A DNA stretch of 64,000 nucleotides from a virus, in IMG/VR virus record IMGVR_UViG_3300025617_000006; one strand, given 5' to 3'. Positions 29,301-38,912 of the stretch are shown here, piece after piece (the stretch's first letter is position 1; each line of letters opens with the position of its first letter). The position numbers and the translations under genes are program-made. Below the pieces are notes generated by a model. It worked only from the letters and a program-made list of their open reading frames with translations. It had not been told where the DNA came from and ran no database searches.

Positions 29301-32300
29301 GATGTTAATTTAGTATCAGTAGGGCAGTATATTTGGGTTGCAAAGAGAGATCAATCATGGGATGTTCTTAGACAAACCGAAACTATCTTAAAAGTTAAAA
29401 GTATTTTAAACAGTAGCACAGGCGAAGTAGAAATTACATTTAATAAAGTTCCAGAGTTTAATAAAGATGATATTATTGGAGTATTAGGCACAACTCCTGA
29501 AACTAACAAATTTTATAAAGTAAATAGAATCAGTCTTAACATTGCTTATGTAACAGCAAGCGGCGAAGTCCCTGATGTACCAGATACAAACGGGTTCCTT
29601 GTTAAATTAGAATCAGTAAGAGTTGCAACACTAAGTGATGTTAATCCTAAAATTACTAGAGACAATTACACAGCCGGCGAAAAGATTTGGGTAGACAGTG
29701 ACGAAACTAATAACTGGACTGTTCTTGAAAACAACAACACTTATACTTTAGGAAAGAAAAGTTACAATGCAACACTCGAAGGCGCTGGCACAATTGTCAA
29801 CGGAGAGCGTGTATACGACATTAGAAATTTTGGCTCGAGTCTTTCAGCAAACGACTTAAACACTGTATTAGTTGTTGGTGCACCATCTCCTACGTCCGAA
29901 AAGCGTGGTAGAATTGATATACACTTTAGAGCGGCTGAAAACTTAAATCTTATTCAAGGCCAGGTTATTGATTGCCCTGATGGATTGTTTGATGGTGATA
30001 ATAGTTTTGGAGAATCAACAGCACTTAGTTCAGATGGCAGATTCCTGTTTGTTGGTGCACCGTATGCATCTAATGTTAAAACAAATTACAGGGGTATATT
30101 TGACCCAGCAAACACATACCAAGAAAATGAAATTGTACAATACACAAATCAATTTTGGAAAGCAAAAACAGTTGTATTCCCGAGTGATGATAGTTTAGCC
30201 TATCCTAGTTTTTCATCGCATATTCAAGAACTTATTAAAACATATGAAAACACCGTTTATGATAACTTATGGTTAGTTCTACGAGGTAACTTTACATTCC
30301 AAGAAGAATCAACCGACCACGTATTAATTAAAGCCCAGTCAGTGCAATATGCAGGTACTGAAGCCGGCGACAAACTGCAACTGTTATGGAATACTAAAAA
30401 CACTAGATATCCATCGGGTGTAAATCCGTTTAATGACACTCCTGAATTAAGTAGCGATTTCTTTAATGGCGAGCATGTAATTCAAGAAAAGATTGACGAT
30501 ATCTTATTAGTAGATAATACACAAGCAATTCCAGATGTAGGGGAAGTTATTAATAGTGATATTGCGTTAGGCGTGGTTGCATATACATATACAACAGGCG
30601 ATAACCGAACGTTGATTTATGTTAAAGATGCTAATGGTAACTTTGCAGACGAAGGAACACTAGAGTTAGGCGATATTACAATCGGGTTGTACGAACGTGC
30701 AGTTCAACAACCGAGCGACGACTTTGAAGGTTGGTGGAAAATTGGTGTTGGTTCAACTTTTAATTCAACAGCAACAATAGAAACAAAGCCATATCTAGTT
30801 GTACAGGATATTATTAAACAGTCGGTATCAAGAACTGTAAACTATTTTGAAAACATTCTTAATATTGTAGATGACACTTCACCAGGAGTTCCGTCATATA
30901 TTGAAACATTGACAGCAAACGGTGATTCAGGATTTGAAATATCTGACAAGTGGGTATTTAGACTTCCGATTACACTTGAATCTGACGTTAGTATTGGCGA
31001 CACATTTAACTTTTGGTTTAATGAATACCGAACACCTGAAGGTATATTACAGTCACCGACAGTGATTGCTCCTGAATTAACACATGAGTATCTTAACACA
31101 ACATTACACACTGTTCAAGACAAATGGAATGGTTGGATTAATGTTAACTTAACAAACTTTGATAACAGTGGTTCTCCTACAATAGGCGATGCTGATTATA
31201 ATCCTAACTACGGTAATCCTTATATACCGGTAGTTGGTGATATTATACAAGACAATGATACTGGCGCTACAGCAGAAGTAACATATGTTGAAAAATTATT
31301 TAATGATTTACGACTTTGGATTAAAAATGTAAACATAACTGAAGGTCCTTGGAAATTAGGATCTGAATTTAGAAATATTTCAAGTATAAGCATTGTTGAA
31401 GGATCACAAGGCGAGGGTGTTATCAGACTTGTCGGAACTACTAAAAGTGTTTTCCTTGACGGTGAGACAATTGGGTCAATTATCGTTGTAGATCGCGGTG
31501 AAAACTTAACACCAGGAAGCACTAGAACACTACAGAATTTTGAATATTGGGTTTACAAAACCCAAGTATTGCAGGGAATTGCGCGAGATGCAAACCCACC
31601 AAGTTCAGTAAATAACGACTGGCAAAGAATTTATAATATTCCAGTTGAAAATAGTGGAACACAAAGTGGATATAATCGCCAAGGTGCCTATGCAGTATAT
31701 GAAAGAAATACAAGTAACTTCTACGAACTAGTTAATTTTTATACTATGCCTGACAGTAATAACTTTAGGCACCTGGGAGCGTCGATTGATTTAATCAAAC
31801 GCCCAGATGGCGGGTATTCTGCATATATTTCAAGTAAGGGTAATGGTACATTTGAACAACCAGGAAGAATTAACATTATTAATTACTCCGAAGATAACGG
31901 TTGGGTACTTGGCGCCGATACTGATTATAGAGGAGAGTTTGTTGAAACAGTTGCATATTACGAAGGCGAGTTTGTTAAGTATGCTGGTCAAATATATTCA
32001 GCGGCAACAAACATTTTACCAGGATCGTTTAATAGTAATGACTGGACAGCAATTAATACCGGAGTTGATTTAAACGGGTTTATTCCTAACAATACAGGAT
32101 TTATGGTTGGAACTGACAGTTCTTTAGAAGTTTCAAATCTTATTGAGTTTGGATCACAATACGATGTTAGTAAGAACGGTCATGTGTTAGCATCGATTGT
32201 TAAATACGGCGACCAACTTGATAGTGCATTACGTATTCCAAAACTTGCAATTTACAGACTTGTAAATGGTCAGTTTATGTGGGATCAAATTATTGAAGGC

Positions 32301-35300
32301 GAACTAGCCGGAATAAATTACGGCTCGAGTGTTGCAGTTTCAGATGATGGAAAGTTTATTGCAGTAGGCGCAAACAATTATAGTGAAGATTATACAAATT
32401 CAGGTGCTGTATACATTTACGAAGCAGTACACGGATCATTTGTACTAGTCCAGACAGTTACTGGACCTCAAGGGCTTTCCAACGAGAAGTTTGGATCAAA
32501 TATTAAATTTAACAATGATAGACTTGTTGTAACTTCAACTGGCGGTGATTTGTCAAGCACAACCGAGTTTGATAATAACGAAACTGTTTTTGATAACGGT
32601 ACAACTTTGTTTGCTACTACACTTACTGATACAGGAGAGATATTTGTATTTGAAAGAGCAGGAAACAGATTTATCTATGCTGATAAAATTACAAATGCAG
32701 ATGAAAATGTAAAGTATTTTGGAGACGTTGTTGAATTAGTTGGCAACCATGTGTATGCAGGACTTCCAACGTACCTTAATCCTCCTGAAAATAATTCACC
32801 AGGATCTGTATTTGACTTTAGAACACCGACCAATACCAATTTATGGACACGCAAGCGCCAAGCAAGACCTGTCGTTGACATTGATAAGATCAAAGGCGTT
32901 AGCATTTATAATAAAGATACAAATGTTGTTGACGAGTATATTGATTATATTGATCCTTTACAAGGAAAAATTGCTGGTCCAGCAACGTCTGAAATAACAT
33001 TTAAGACTACTTACGATCCTGCAAGTTATAATGTAGCAGATGATGGTATCGACGTTGTTAAAGATGTAACAATTTTTAACACTACAGATTTAGTTGGTAA
33101 ACTTTGGTGGGATGTTGATGCAGTAAGATTTATTAATCCTTATAGTAACACTGGAAATATTTTTAATGTTACTAATCAATTCAATACTATATTCCCAGGA
33201 ACTGAAGTTGAAGTTTACGAATGGGTTGAGACTACATTATTACCTAGCGATTGGGACGATCAAGCAGATACTGAAGAAGGTTTAACTCGCGGTATCAGTG
33301 GACTTTCAAAATACGGTGATACAGTTTATTCAACTAGACGAGTTTATGATGAAGAAGCACAAAAGTTTACAAACTTTAATTACTTCTGGGTAAGAAATAA
33401 AGCAACAGTACCAGACCTACCTGGTAGAACTATTAGTGGTGCCGATGTACAAGAATTAATTAGAGATCCAGCAGGACAGGGGTACAAGTTTGTTAACTTC
33501 CTAAATGATAATGAGTGGTCTTTACATAATATCCAAACTAGTGTAACTGGTAAAGATAGTGTTATTAAGTTTGCATATTGGAATATTAACGACACAGAGA
33601 AAAATATCCACAATCAATATAAAGTAATAACTGATGGATTATCGACAAGTAGACCTAAATCAGATTTAGAAGAAAAATGGTATGATAGTTTAATTGGTTT
33701 TGATCGTCAAGGCAGAGAAGTTCCAGACCGGGCATTAAGCACTAAAGATACATACGGAATACTTAATAGTCCAAGACAGACAATTTTTGTTAATAGAACT
33801 GAAGCACTTAAACAAGCAATTGAACGTGCTAACAAAGTATTAAAGAAATATGTGTTAATTGATGATTTTGATTTATCAGATTTAGAATCAAATGATCCAT
33901 CTCCGACATTAGCATCTAGGACATACGATCAAATAATTGACAGCGAGTTAGAGTTAAGATTTGTATCGACTAGCAGAATACGTCAAGCAACACTAAATGC
34001 AACAATTATCGACGGTAAAGTTATCAGAGTTGATATTTTAGATGGAGGTCGAGGATATAAAACAGTACCTACAGTAACCATTGACTCCGAAAACGGCAGT
34101 AACGCTGTCATAAAATTAGAAATTAATAATTTAGGATCAGTTGTTTCTGCTACTGTGTTTAATGAAGGCGAAAATTATCAGTCAACTGACAGAATTGTAG
34201 TACGCAAATATGCTGTACTAGTCAATACAGACACTTCCTATGCAAACCGTTGGTCAATATACGAATATGTCGGCGGCGAGTATCCGTGGAATAGGATTAT
34301 TAGTCAAAGTTATGATGTAAGAGATTACTGGTCATATTGCAATTGGTATGCTGAAGGATATAACGAATTAACAAAAGCCGATTTTGTAATTGAGGAAACA
34401 TACGAGTTGTCATCACTTGATGATAAATTCGGAAACATAGTAAAAATTAACAATGTCGGATCCGGCGGCTGGTTATTGCTTAGAAAAATCGGCGAAGATC
34501 CAAACGTAGATTATACAGTTAACTATGAAACTATTGGTAGAGAGAACTCTACAGTTGAACTTTCAAAAGCGTTATATGATTATAGTGACCAGTTAGTTGG
34601 TTTTGACTCGTTTGGTTATGACGACAGTGCATTTGATTTAATTCCAGTACAAGAGTTACGCATTATATTACAATCATTGCGTGATAAAATATTTGTTGAT
34701 AATTTAGCAATACATTACAATGAATTATTCTTTGCGCAAATGAGATATGTCCTAGTTGAGCAACCGTTTGTTGACTGGATGTTTAAAACATCATTTGTTA
34801 AAGCCAAACACAATGTTGGAAAACTTAGAAAAGACATTACGTTTAATAATGATTACTTAGAAAGTTATGAAGACTATGTACGTGAAGTAAAACCTTATAA
34901 AACTAAAATTAGAGAATACCTGTCAACATATGAAGGTAGCGAAGATACTCAAACGTCAGTAACTGATTTTGATTTACCGCCATTCTATAGTACTGCAAAG
35001 GGAAAAATTATTCCAGTAGATACTAAGGTGATTGATAATACAATTGATGTAAATGGCATTACTAGTTACCCGCAAAAACATTGGTTAGATAATGCTAGTT
35101 TTGAAGTTACTGGAGTTACACTTTCTAATCAAGGATTAGGATATGCAAATCCGCCAACAGTTGAATTTACCGGCGGCGGCGGATCAGGCGCTAAAGCGGA
35201 AGCATATGTTGGTACTAACGGAAAAATAACAAATATTGAAGTTACAAATCCTGGATCAGGTTATCTTTCTGCACCAACGGTTGTAATCAACGGTGCTGTA

Positions 35301-38273
35301 ACAGACGGCGGCACATTGGCTAAAGCAAATGCAGTAATTGGCAATTCAAATTTACGATCAATGCACTTCAATGTTAAGTTTGACAGAGTAACAGGTGCGT
35401 TCTTTATTACCACATTAGACGAAGAAGAAACATTTACAGGTTCGGGAGGCAGATACGAGTTTAAACTAAAATGGCCTGCAAACTTACGAACTGATAAAGT
35501 TTCGATCACAGTCAACGGTAATGAAATATTACCAGGAAATTACACTATTGCAAATGTCGACGACAGCAACGGAAAAACTCATAGTAGAAAAATTGCAAAA
35601 GTTATATTTAATAACCCACCAGCCAATAATAGTAATATTGTTATTTCTTATTATAAAGATATTTCATTATTAACAGCGGCTGATAGAATTAATTTATTTT
35701 ATAATCCAGAAACTGGTCAACTAGCAAACGATTTAGGACAATTAATGGACGGTGTTGATTACGGCGGCGTACAAGTTAAGAGTTTTACATTCGGCGGAGG
35801 ATCAGGCTGGGACGCAGATCCTTGGTTTACATCGGCATATGATTCATATGACAATACATATGAGGATGAAGTATTTAGATTAGGTGATGACAGCACCAAA
35901 GTATACGACTTTGCTAAACCATTAGAGCAAGATGTTGAATATAATGTATATAAAAATGGTGTAAGAATTGATGATCCTAATTTTGGTACTCCGTCACAAA
36001 CTAATAGCAATGCTCTTATTGCAAGTATAACTGGTGCCGGACAAACAGGCTTTATTTTATACGATGACGGTGCATCAGTTGAGTCGACGGTTATCGTATT
36101 TGACGAAGAAATTGTACCATCAACAACCGGCGATGTGTTTGTTATTCGTAAAAATACATCAGATGGATCGTTTATACCAGACCCGAGAGCATATGATACA
36201 CTTATATCTGGCGGAGACATTGCGTATGCGAGTGCATCGGGTGTAAATCCAGAAGATATTATTATCGACGGTGATGGATTTGTTACACCTACAACTTCAA
36301 AAGGACCTGAAGAGTTAGTTCCGGGACAAGTTCTTGATACACTTGATATTCGAGTATTTGACAGAGTTGGCGAAGGCGCTAGTATTATTGAAAGTGTGTC
36401 ATATGTTGGCAACGGTACAACTACCAAATATGTATTTAATGGACTACCGCAAGGCAAAGATGCTATATTTGTGAAAGTTAATAATAATATTGTTGAGACA
36501 TATACTGTAAATTATAAAACAAAAGAAATTACTTTTACAGCGGCTCCGGCAGACGGCGCTCAAATTAACATTGTTACAATGAGCGGTAATGGTGAACAAA
36601 TATTAGATATTGATACATTTACAGGTGACGGGTCAACTATACAGTTTGTAACAAGAGTTGACTGGAAAGAAGAATTAAACAGCCTAATTACAGTTAACGG
36701 TGAAAAGGTAGACTATATTTTGGAAACTACTGATAGTTCATATGATACTGCAAACAAAGTAGCAATTACATTTGGTACACCTCCAGCAGACGATGCAGTA
36801 ATTAACTACGGTATCTATGCTAGTGAAGCCCAAACATTTAGTGAGATTAAAACAGATACATTTAGAGCCGACGGTAATACAGCAACATACGAGTTAAGCA
36901 CAACTCCGTTTAGTAGTTTACCTGCAAGTCACAACTTAATTGTGCGTGTTGGTGACACTATTCTTAATGCAGGTTATAACGAATCATTTACTATTGACGA
37001 TAGAGTAGAGTATCAATTGCGTAATTGGCAACAGCCAGGCGGTACATTGGGTGCTAACGACATTCTTGTGCTGTTAGACGGTGTACCATTAACATATACA
37101 ACTGACTTTATATTCCGTCCTGCAAACTCAAGTGTAGAACTTTTTGAAAATGTAAAAATTCCTGGAGCAACATTAGATGTATTTGTAACTACTGACGGTG
37201 AGTACACTGTTGATGGGGACCAAGTAACACTTAACGATGTACCAGAAGGTGACACACTAGTAAACGTAACACACTTTAGTAAACATGATATTCAGCAAAT
37301 TGATCGTAAAAATTATGATATTATTAGACGCACTACATTATCGTTTGAAAGTGCAGGTGATATTGAGTATAACCATTTACTTGCAGGATTGATTAAACTT
37401 GAAAGAGAAACTATTGATGCTGAATATGTATGGGTAGTACTAAACGGTAGAATTCAAACACCTAGTGTTGATTACAAAGTTACTAATGATAGACTGTTTA
37501 TTAGAATGGCAACTCCATTAGACGAAAATGATGTTATTGAAATTATGCAATTTGCAGAAGACGGTCCGTCAGTTGCTAAATTTGGATTTAGACAATTTAA
37601 AGACATGCTTAACAGAACTGTGTACAAGCGTTTGGGTGATGTGAATAAATATAGACTACAGCAGGATCTTAAAACTTTTGATAAAGAAATTATTGTAGAA
37701 AACGGCGAAACTATGTTTGTTCCGGATAAAGCAAATAATATTCCTGGTGTTGTGTTTATTAACGGCGAACGTATTGAGTATATGGTTAAAGACGGAAATA
37801 GTTTACAACAGTTACGTCGAGGTACTTTGGGTACTGGTGTAAAAGATATACATAATATTGGTGACGAACTGTTTGACCAAGGCTTCCAACAAACAGTTCC
37901 ATATCAAGATAAGACACTTGTAAATACATACGAAGCAGATGGTGTTACAGCACAATTTGAGTTAGATTGGACGCCAGCAAGTGTTGACGAATTTGAAGTA
38001 TTTGTAGCCGGCAAGCGCCAGCGCAAAAATGCTATGTATATGTTTGATCAAACAGTGGACCAAGATTCACCTGAAGGCGATGTACTAATGCAGGCAGATT
38101 TTAGCATTAATAACAACACTTTAACACTATTAAATGTACCAGCAGACGGTGTTAGAGTAACAATAATAAGACGGGTTGGCAAGGTATGGAATGACCCAGG
38201 AAAAACACTTGGTAAGACAAAAAATTCAATTGCACAGTTCTTAAGGGCTGAACAGGTTGACTTACCTAAATAA
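23376..38273 (+). CDS. giant virion structural protein (4965 aa; gp7-position baseplate wedge/adhesin)
   Basis: Uninterrupted ORF after gp6 starting HLPRYFRT; contains FG-GAP-like blades, CBM5/12-like repeats, GxGY..P.V repeats and C-terminal (F/Y)xGDG beta-sandwich repeats. Confidence 0.75.
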   Translation: MAFENDQNEFPIQPNGENGKRTSVQHLPRYFRTPANKKFLSSTLDQLIQPGEVEKVSSYFGRNDAKARTADDSYISDVSSDRQNYQLEPALVIKDDFDNVSFYKDYNDYINQLRAFGNTNPNHSLINAQEYYSWNPHIDWDKFVNFREYYWLPAGPQVLPIYGQTKEVSSTFKVSIEENDDNVAYKFTPTGLTQNPTLKLYKGQTYIFEVDTPGYPIAFSTNRSFTPGQAIVTETVEGVIAPGQFEAELYDFDGYDTGEYIVQPVEGGIEGFTEGDNISTLYTDGVEASTVWVEKGTIKFTVPLDAPNRLFYISKDDVNTSGLINIYNILENTEINVEEEILQKKTYQTRNDVELSNGMLVEFLGDVTPAKYAQGTWYVEGVGDSIELIAKSDLEITGTYSESKFVPFDSENFDRVPFGQALNFPRDKDYITINRSAIDGNPWTRHNRWFHKDVIEKVAKANDSPVNLDQTARASRPIIEFEGGLRLYNFGSKFKSNVDLVDDKTTDVFSNIEGSVGYNVDGINLTDGLRVLFTADPDERVNGRIYKVKFIDHNGSRQIALQDEDDTNPTLNETVLVKAGEENTGKIYWYNGTTWIKAQEKVSANQPPYFNLYDADDESFDSYQSTSFTGTKLFSYKEGTGSVDSVLGFPLTYRNIQNSGDIVFDFNLLNDVITYQEGQVSYTKKSDTATLRKYTDLDTYENESGWKKAFQESTQKVVRQYIVSGQKNNFAVDVYNRSGDLNELNVTLTVNNERRSDWEINRENGIAYIRFDNDLNNDDIVVMLCTSEANKNENGKYEFPINLQNNPLNENIVDFTYGEVNDHVNSIIDNLNTFTGKFPGSSNLRDLGSLTEYGTKFVQHSGAIPLAMYHITNKDFNLIKSMRYARKEYAKFKRSFVSISSELGIDGSPRYVVDKIIEEWQRDKSKQSAFYWTDMIGSGANKTREFTIVDTGNKFYSLTSPFNLSDISAKAVYIYLNDSQLLHNKDYVFTAEGFIRLDDELELAVNDAITIYEYESTDASFIPPTPSKLGMWPLYRPTKYVDSSYRNPMEVIQGHDGSIIRAYGDYRDDLILELENRIYNNVKIQYDSNILDVDSFVGHASRDTGFTPDVIDDVVITDFIEWLAVAGDPDYTDNSFYDRTDSFTWNYSKMTDPYNNPLQGFWRAIYNNYLSTDTPHTTPWKILGFVEKPDWWQEVYGPAPYTKENLILWDDLENGRVREPNKPIRYRSNYIRKELTKYIPVDAQGNLVSPYESGYARGLIAPSTNEQFIFGDQAPVESAWRKSSEYPFALLTAWLINQPTKVMSTGFDRARLVRNTAGQIVYSATDKRLTPKDVVFPNTSENAERVTTAGLINYMFNYINADVTKLNEEYSEQVLNINVQLGFKMGGFSTPDKFKLLLDSRTPSNEGNVFIPEENYKIFFNVSTPVDTVSYSGVIIEKSESGWIVKGYDRSRPYFVYNKPLERASDPVVNIGGVSENFLEFVNGSQYRVGQIIRNGDLFYRVKVTHTAVGFQTENFTKLAQLPIDGGVEGTIRRSFEQGTSKLRYGTLLRSNQDVIDFLLGYGTYLESQGFDFNNFNKEIESIENWELSAREFLFWTTQNWSPGTLLTLSPSASALMFARDNAVVDNIFDNFYDYTLLKADGAKLKEEFANTIRSNQNEFGLRLKNTQDGIYFLKIPLVQKEHVVLIDNKTVFNDVIYNPAPGYRQARIKGIGYRTTNWNGGFDIPGFTYDNVKVTNWEPNTDYAISDVVQYKTFFYSAKSKVVGTTEFNDSDWYRLPERPKAELTPNFDYKANQFSDFYDLDSDNFDTEQQRLAQHLIGYQKRNYLENIITDSVSQYKFYQGFIQDKGTRNSLTKLFDALSNTENSSLEFFEEWAFKVGQYGASGGFDEVEYLLDESKIRLQPQPFQLVRNINPLSTDLVYRYALNDVYSKPSDYNHAPFPTKDLTETYIRTAGYVAEEDIDYKFTNYDDLLDFDVNLVSVGQYIWVAKRDQSWDVLRQTETILKVKSILNSSTGEVEITFNKVPEFNKDDIIGVLGTTPETNKFYKVNRISLNIAYVTASGEVPDVPDTNGFLVKLESVRVATLSDVNPKITRDNYTAGEKIWVDSDETNNWTVLENNNTYTLGKKSYNATLEGAGTIVNGERVYDIRNFGSSLSANDLNTVLVVGAPSPTSEKRGRIDIHFRAAENLNLIQGQVIDCPDGLFDGDNSFGESTALSSDGRFLFVGAPYASNVKTNYRGIFDPANTYQENEIVQYTNQFWKAKTVVFPSDDSLAYPSFSSHIQELIKTYENTVYDNLWLVLRGNFTFQEESTDHVLIKAQSVQYAGTEAGDKLQLLWNTKNTRYPSGVNPFNDTPELSSDFFNGEHVIQEKIDDILLVDNTQAIPDVGEVINSDIALGVVAYTYTTGDNRTLIYVKDANGNFADEGTLELGDITIGLYERAVQQPSDDFEGWWKIGVGSTFNSTATIETKPYLVVQDIIKQSVSRTVNYFENILNIVDDTSPGVPSYIETLTANGDSGFEISDKWVFRLPITLESDVSIGDTFNFWFNEYRTPEGILQSPTVIAPELTHEYLNTTLHTVQDKWNGWINVNLTNFDNSGSPTIGDADYNPNYGNPYIPVVGDIIQDNDTGATAEVTYVEKLFNDLRLWIKNVNITEGPWKLGSEFRNISSISIVEGSQGEGVIRLVGTTKSVFLDGETIGSIIVVDRGENLTPGSTRTLQNFEYWVYKTQVLQGIARDANPPSSVNNDWQRIYNIPVENSGTQSGYNRQGAYAVYERNTSNFYELVNFYTMPDSNNFRHLGASIDLIKRPDGGYSAYISSKGNGTFEQPGRINIINYSEDNGWVLGADTDYRGEFVETVAYYEGEFVKYAGQIYSAATNILPGSFNSNDWTAINTGVDLNGFIPNNTGFMVGTDSSLEVSNLIEFGSQYDVSKNGHVLASIVKYGDQLDSALRIPKLAIYRLVNGQFMWDQIIEGELAGINYGSSVAVSDDGKFIAVGANNYSEDYTNSGAVYIYEAVHGSFVLVQTVTGPQGLSNEKFGSNIKFNNDRLVVTSTGGDLSSTTEFDNNETVFDNGTTLFATTLTDTGEIFVFERAGNRFIYADKITNADENVKYFGDVVELVGNHVYAGLPTYLNPPENNSPGSVFDFRTPTNTNLWTRKRQARPVVDIDKIKGVSIYNKDTNVVDEYIDYIDPLQGKIAGPATSEITFKTTYDPASYNVADDGIDVVKDVTIFNTTDLVGKLWWDVDAVRFINPYSNTGNIFNVTNQFNTIFPGTEVEVYEWVETTLLPSDWDDQADTEEGLTRGISGLSKYGDTVYSTRRVYDEEAQKFTNFNYFWVRNKATVPDLPGRTISGADVQELIRDPAGQGYKFVNFLNDNEWSLHNIQTSVTGKDSVIKFAYWNINDTEKNIHNQYKVITDGLSTSRPKSDLEEKWYDSLIGFDRQGREVPDRALSTKDTYGILNSPRQTIFVNRTEALKQAIERANKVLKKYVLIDDFDLSDLESNDPSPTLASRTYDQIIDSELELRFVSTSRIRQATLNATIIDGKVIRVDILDGGRGYKTVPTVTIDSENGSNAVIKLEINNLGSVVSATVFNEGENYQSTDRIVVRKYAVLVNTDTSYANRWSIYEYVGGEYPWNRIISQSYDVRDYWSYCNWYAEGYNELTKADFVIEETYELSSLDDKFGNIVKINNVGSGGWLLLRKIGEDPNVDYTVNYETIGRENSTVELSKALYDYSDQLVGFDSFGYDDSAFDLIPVQELRIILQSLRDKIFVDNLAIHYNELFFAQMRYVLVEQPFVDWMFKTSFVKAKHNVGKLRKDITFNNDYLESYEDYVREVKPYKTKIREYLSTYEGSEDTQTSVTDFDLPPFYSTAKGKIIPVDTKVIDNTIDVNGITSYPQKHWLDNASFEVTGVTLSNQGLGYANPPTVEFTGGGGSGAKAEAYVGTNGKITNIEVTNPGSGYLSAPTVVINGAVTDGGTLAKANAVIGNSNLRSMHFNVKFDRVTGAFFITTLDEEETFTGSGGRYEFKLKWPANLRTDKVSITVNGNEILPGNYTIANVDDSNGKTHSRKIAKVIFNNPPANNSNIVISYYKDISLLTAADRINLFYNPETGQLANDLGQLMDGVDYGGVQVKSFTFGGGSGWDADPWFTSAYDSYDNTYEDEVFRLGDDSTKVYDFAKPLEQDVEYNVYKNGVRIDDPNFGTPSQTNSNALIASITGAGQTGFILYDDGASVESTVIVFDEEIVPSTTGDVFVIRKNTSDGSFIPDPRAYDTLISGGDIAYASASGVNPEDIIIDGDGFVTPTTSKGPEELVPGQVLDTLDIRVFDRVGEGASIIESVSYVGNGTTTKYVFNGLPQGKDAIFVKVNNNIVETYTVNYKTKEITFTAAPADGAQINIVTMSGNGEQILDIDTFTGDGSTIQFVTRVDWKEELNSLITVNGEKVDYILETTDSSYDTANKVAITFGTPPADDAVINYGIYASEAQTFSEIKTDTFRADGNTATYELSTTPFSSLPASHNLIVRVGDTILNAGYNESFTIDDRVEYQLRNWQQPGGTLGANDILVLLDGVPLTYTTDFIFRPANSSVELFENVKIPGATLDVFVTTDGEYTVDGDQVTLNDVPEGDTLVNVTHFSKHDIQQIDRKNYDIIRRTTLSFESAGDIEYNHLLAGLIKLERETIDAEYVWVVLNGRIQTPSVDYKVTNDRLFIRMATPLDENDVIEIMQFAEDGPSVAKFGFRQFKDMLNRTVYKRLGDVNKYRLQQDLKTFDKEIIVENGETMFVPDKANNIPGVVFINGERIEYMVKDGNSLQQLRRGTLGTGVKDIHNIGDELFDQGFQQTVPYQDKTLVNTYEADGVTAQFELDWTPASVDEFEVFVAGKRQRKNAMYMFDQTVDQDSPEGDVLMQADFSINNNTLTLLNVPADGVRVTIIRRVGKVWNDPGKTLGKTKNSIAQFLRAEQVDLPK

Positions 38274-38293
38274 ATACAATGTAGGAAACACAA

Positions 38294-38908
38294 ATGACAG
38301 ATAATTTATTAGACAAAAGCGGAGTGTTAGTACAGGGCCATATTAAGATTTTTAACCCTGAAACTAACGAAATTTTAATTGATAAGCGTAATGCAATTCA
38401 CTATGAAAATATGAGTATTGCACTTGCTGAGTCCCTAGCGAATGCTGGGCAAGGATTTGTATATGAAATGGCGTTTGGAAACGGCGGTACTAGTGTTGAT
38501 CCTACAGGCATTATTACTTACTTAACTCCGAACAGCACAGGCACAAATGCAAGTTTGTACAACCAAACATATAAAAAAGTTGTTGATGATAGATCAGCAA
38601 ATAACGTAGATCCATCTAGAAATAAAATTGAAACTAGACACGTAACTGGCACAAGTTACACTGACATTGTTGTAAATTGCTTATTAGATTATGGTGAACC
38701 AAATGGCCAAGAAGCAAATGATACAGCAACTAATACTGAAAGTTCGTTTGTTTTTGACGAATTAGGATTAGTAAGTTACAGTCCAACCGGCGATGGTAGA
38801 TTACTAACACATGTTATTTTCCATCCTGTACAAAAGTCATTAAACAGATTAATACAAATTGATTATACGGTTAGGGTGCAATCATTAACTGGTTTTAACG
38901 AGGGGTAG
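38294..38908 (+). CDS. baseplate/fibre attachment protein (gp8-position)
   Basis: MAFGNGG, FVFDELGL and LLTHVIFHPVQKS motifs; late promoter at 38271-38276. Confidence 0.55.
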   Translation: MTDNLLDKSGVLVQGHIKIFNPETNEILIDKRNAIHYENMSIALAESLANAGQGFVYEMAFGNGGTSVDPTGIITYLTPNSTGTNASLYNQTYKKVVDDRSANNVDPSRNKIETRHVTGTSYTDIVVNCLLDYGEPNGQEANDTATNTESSFVFDELGLVSYSPTGDGRLLTHVIFHPVQKSLNRLIQIDYTVRVQSLTGFNEG

Positions 38909-38912
38909 TTAA

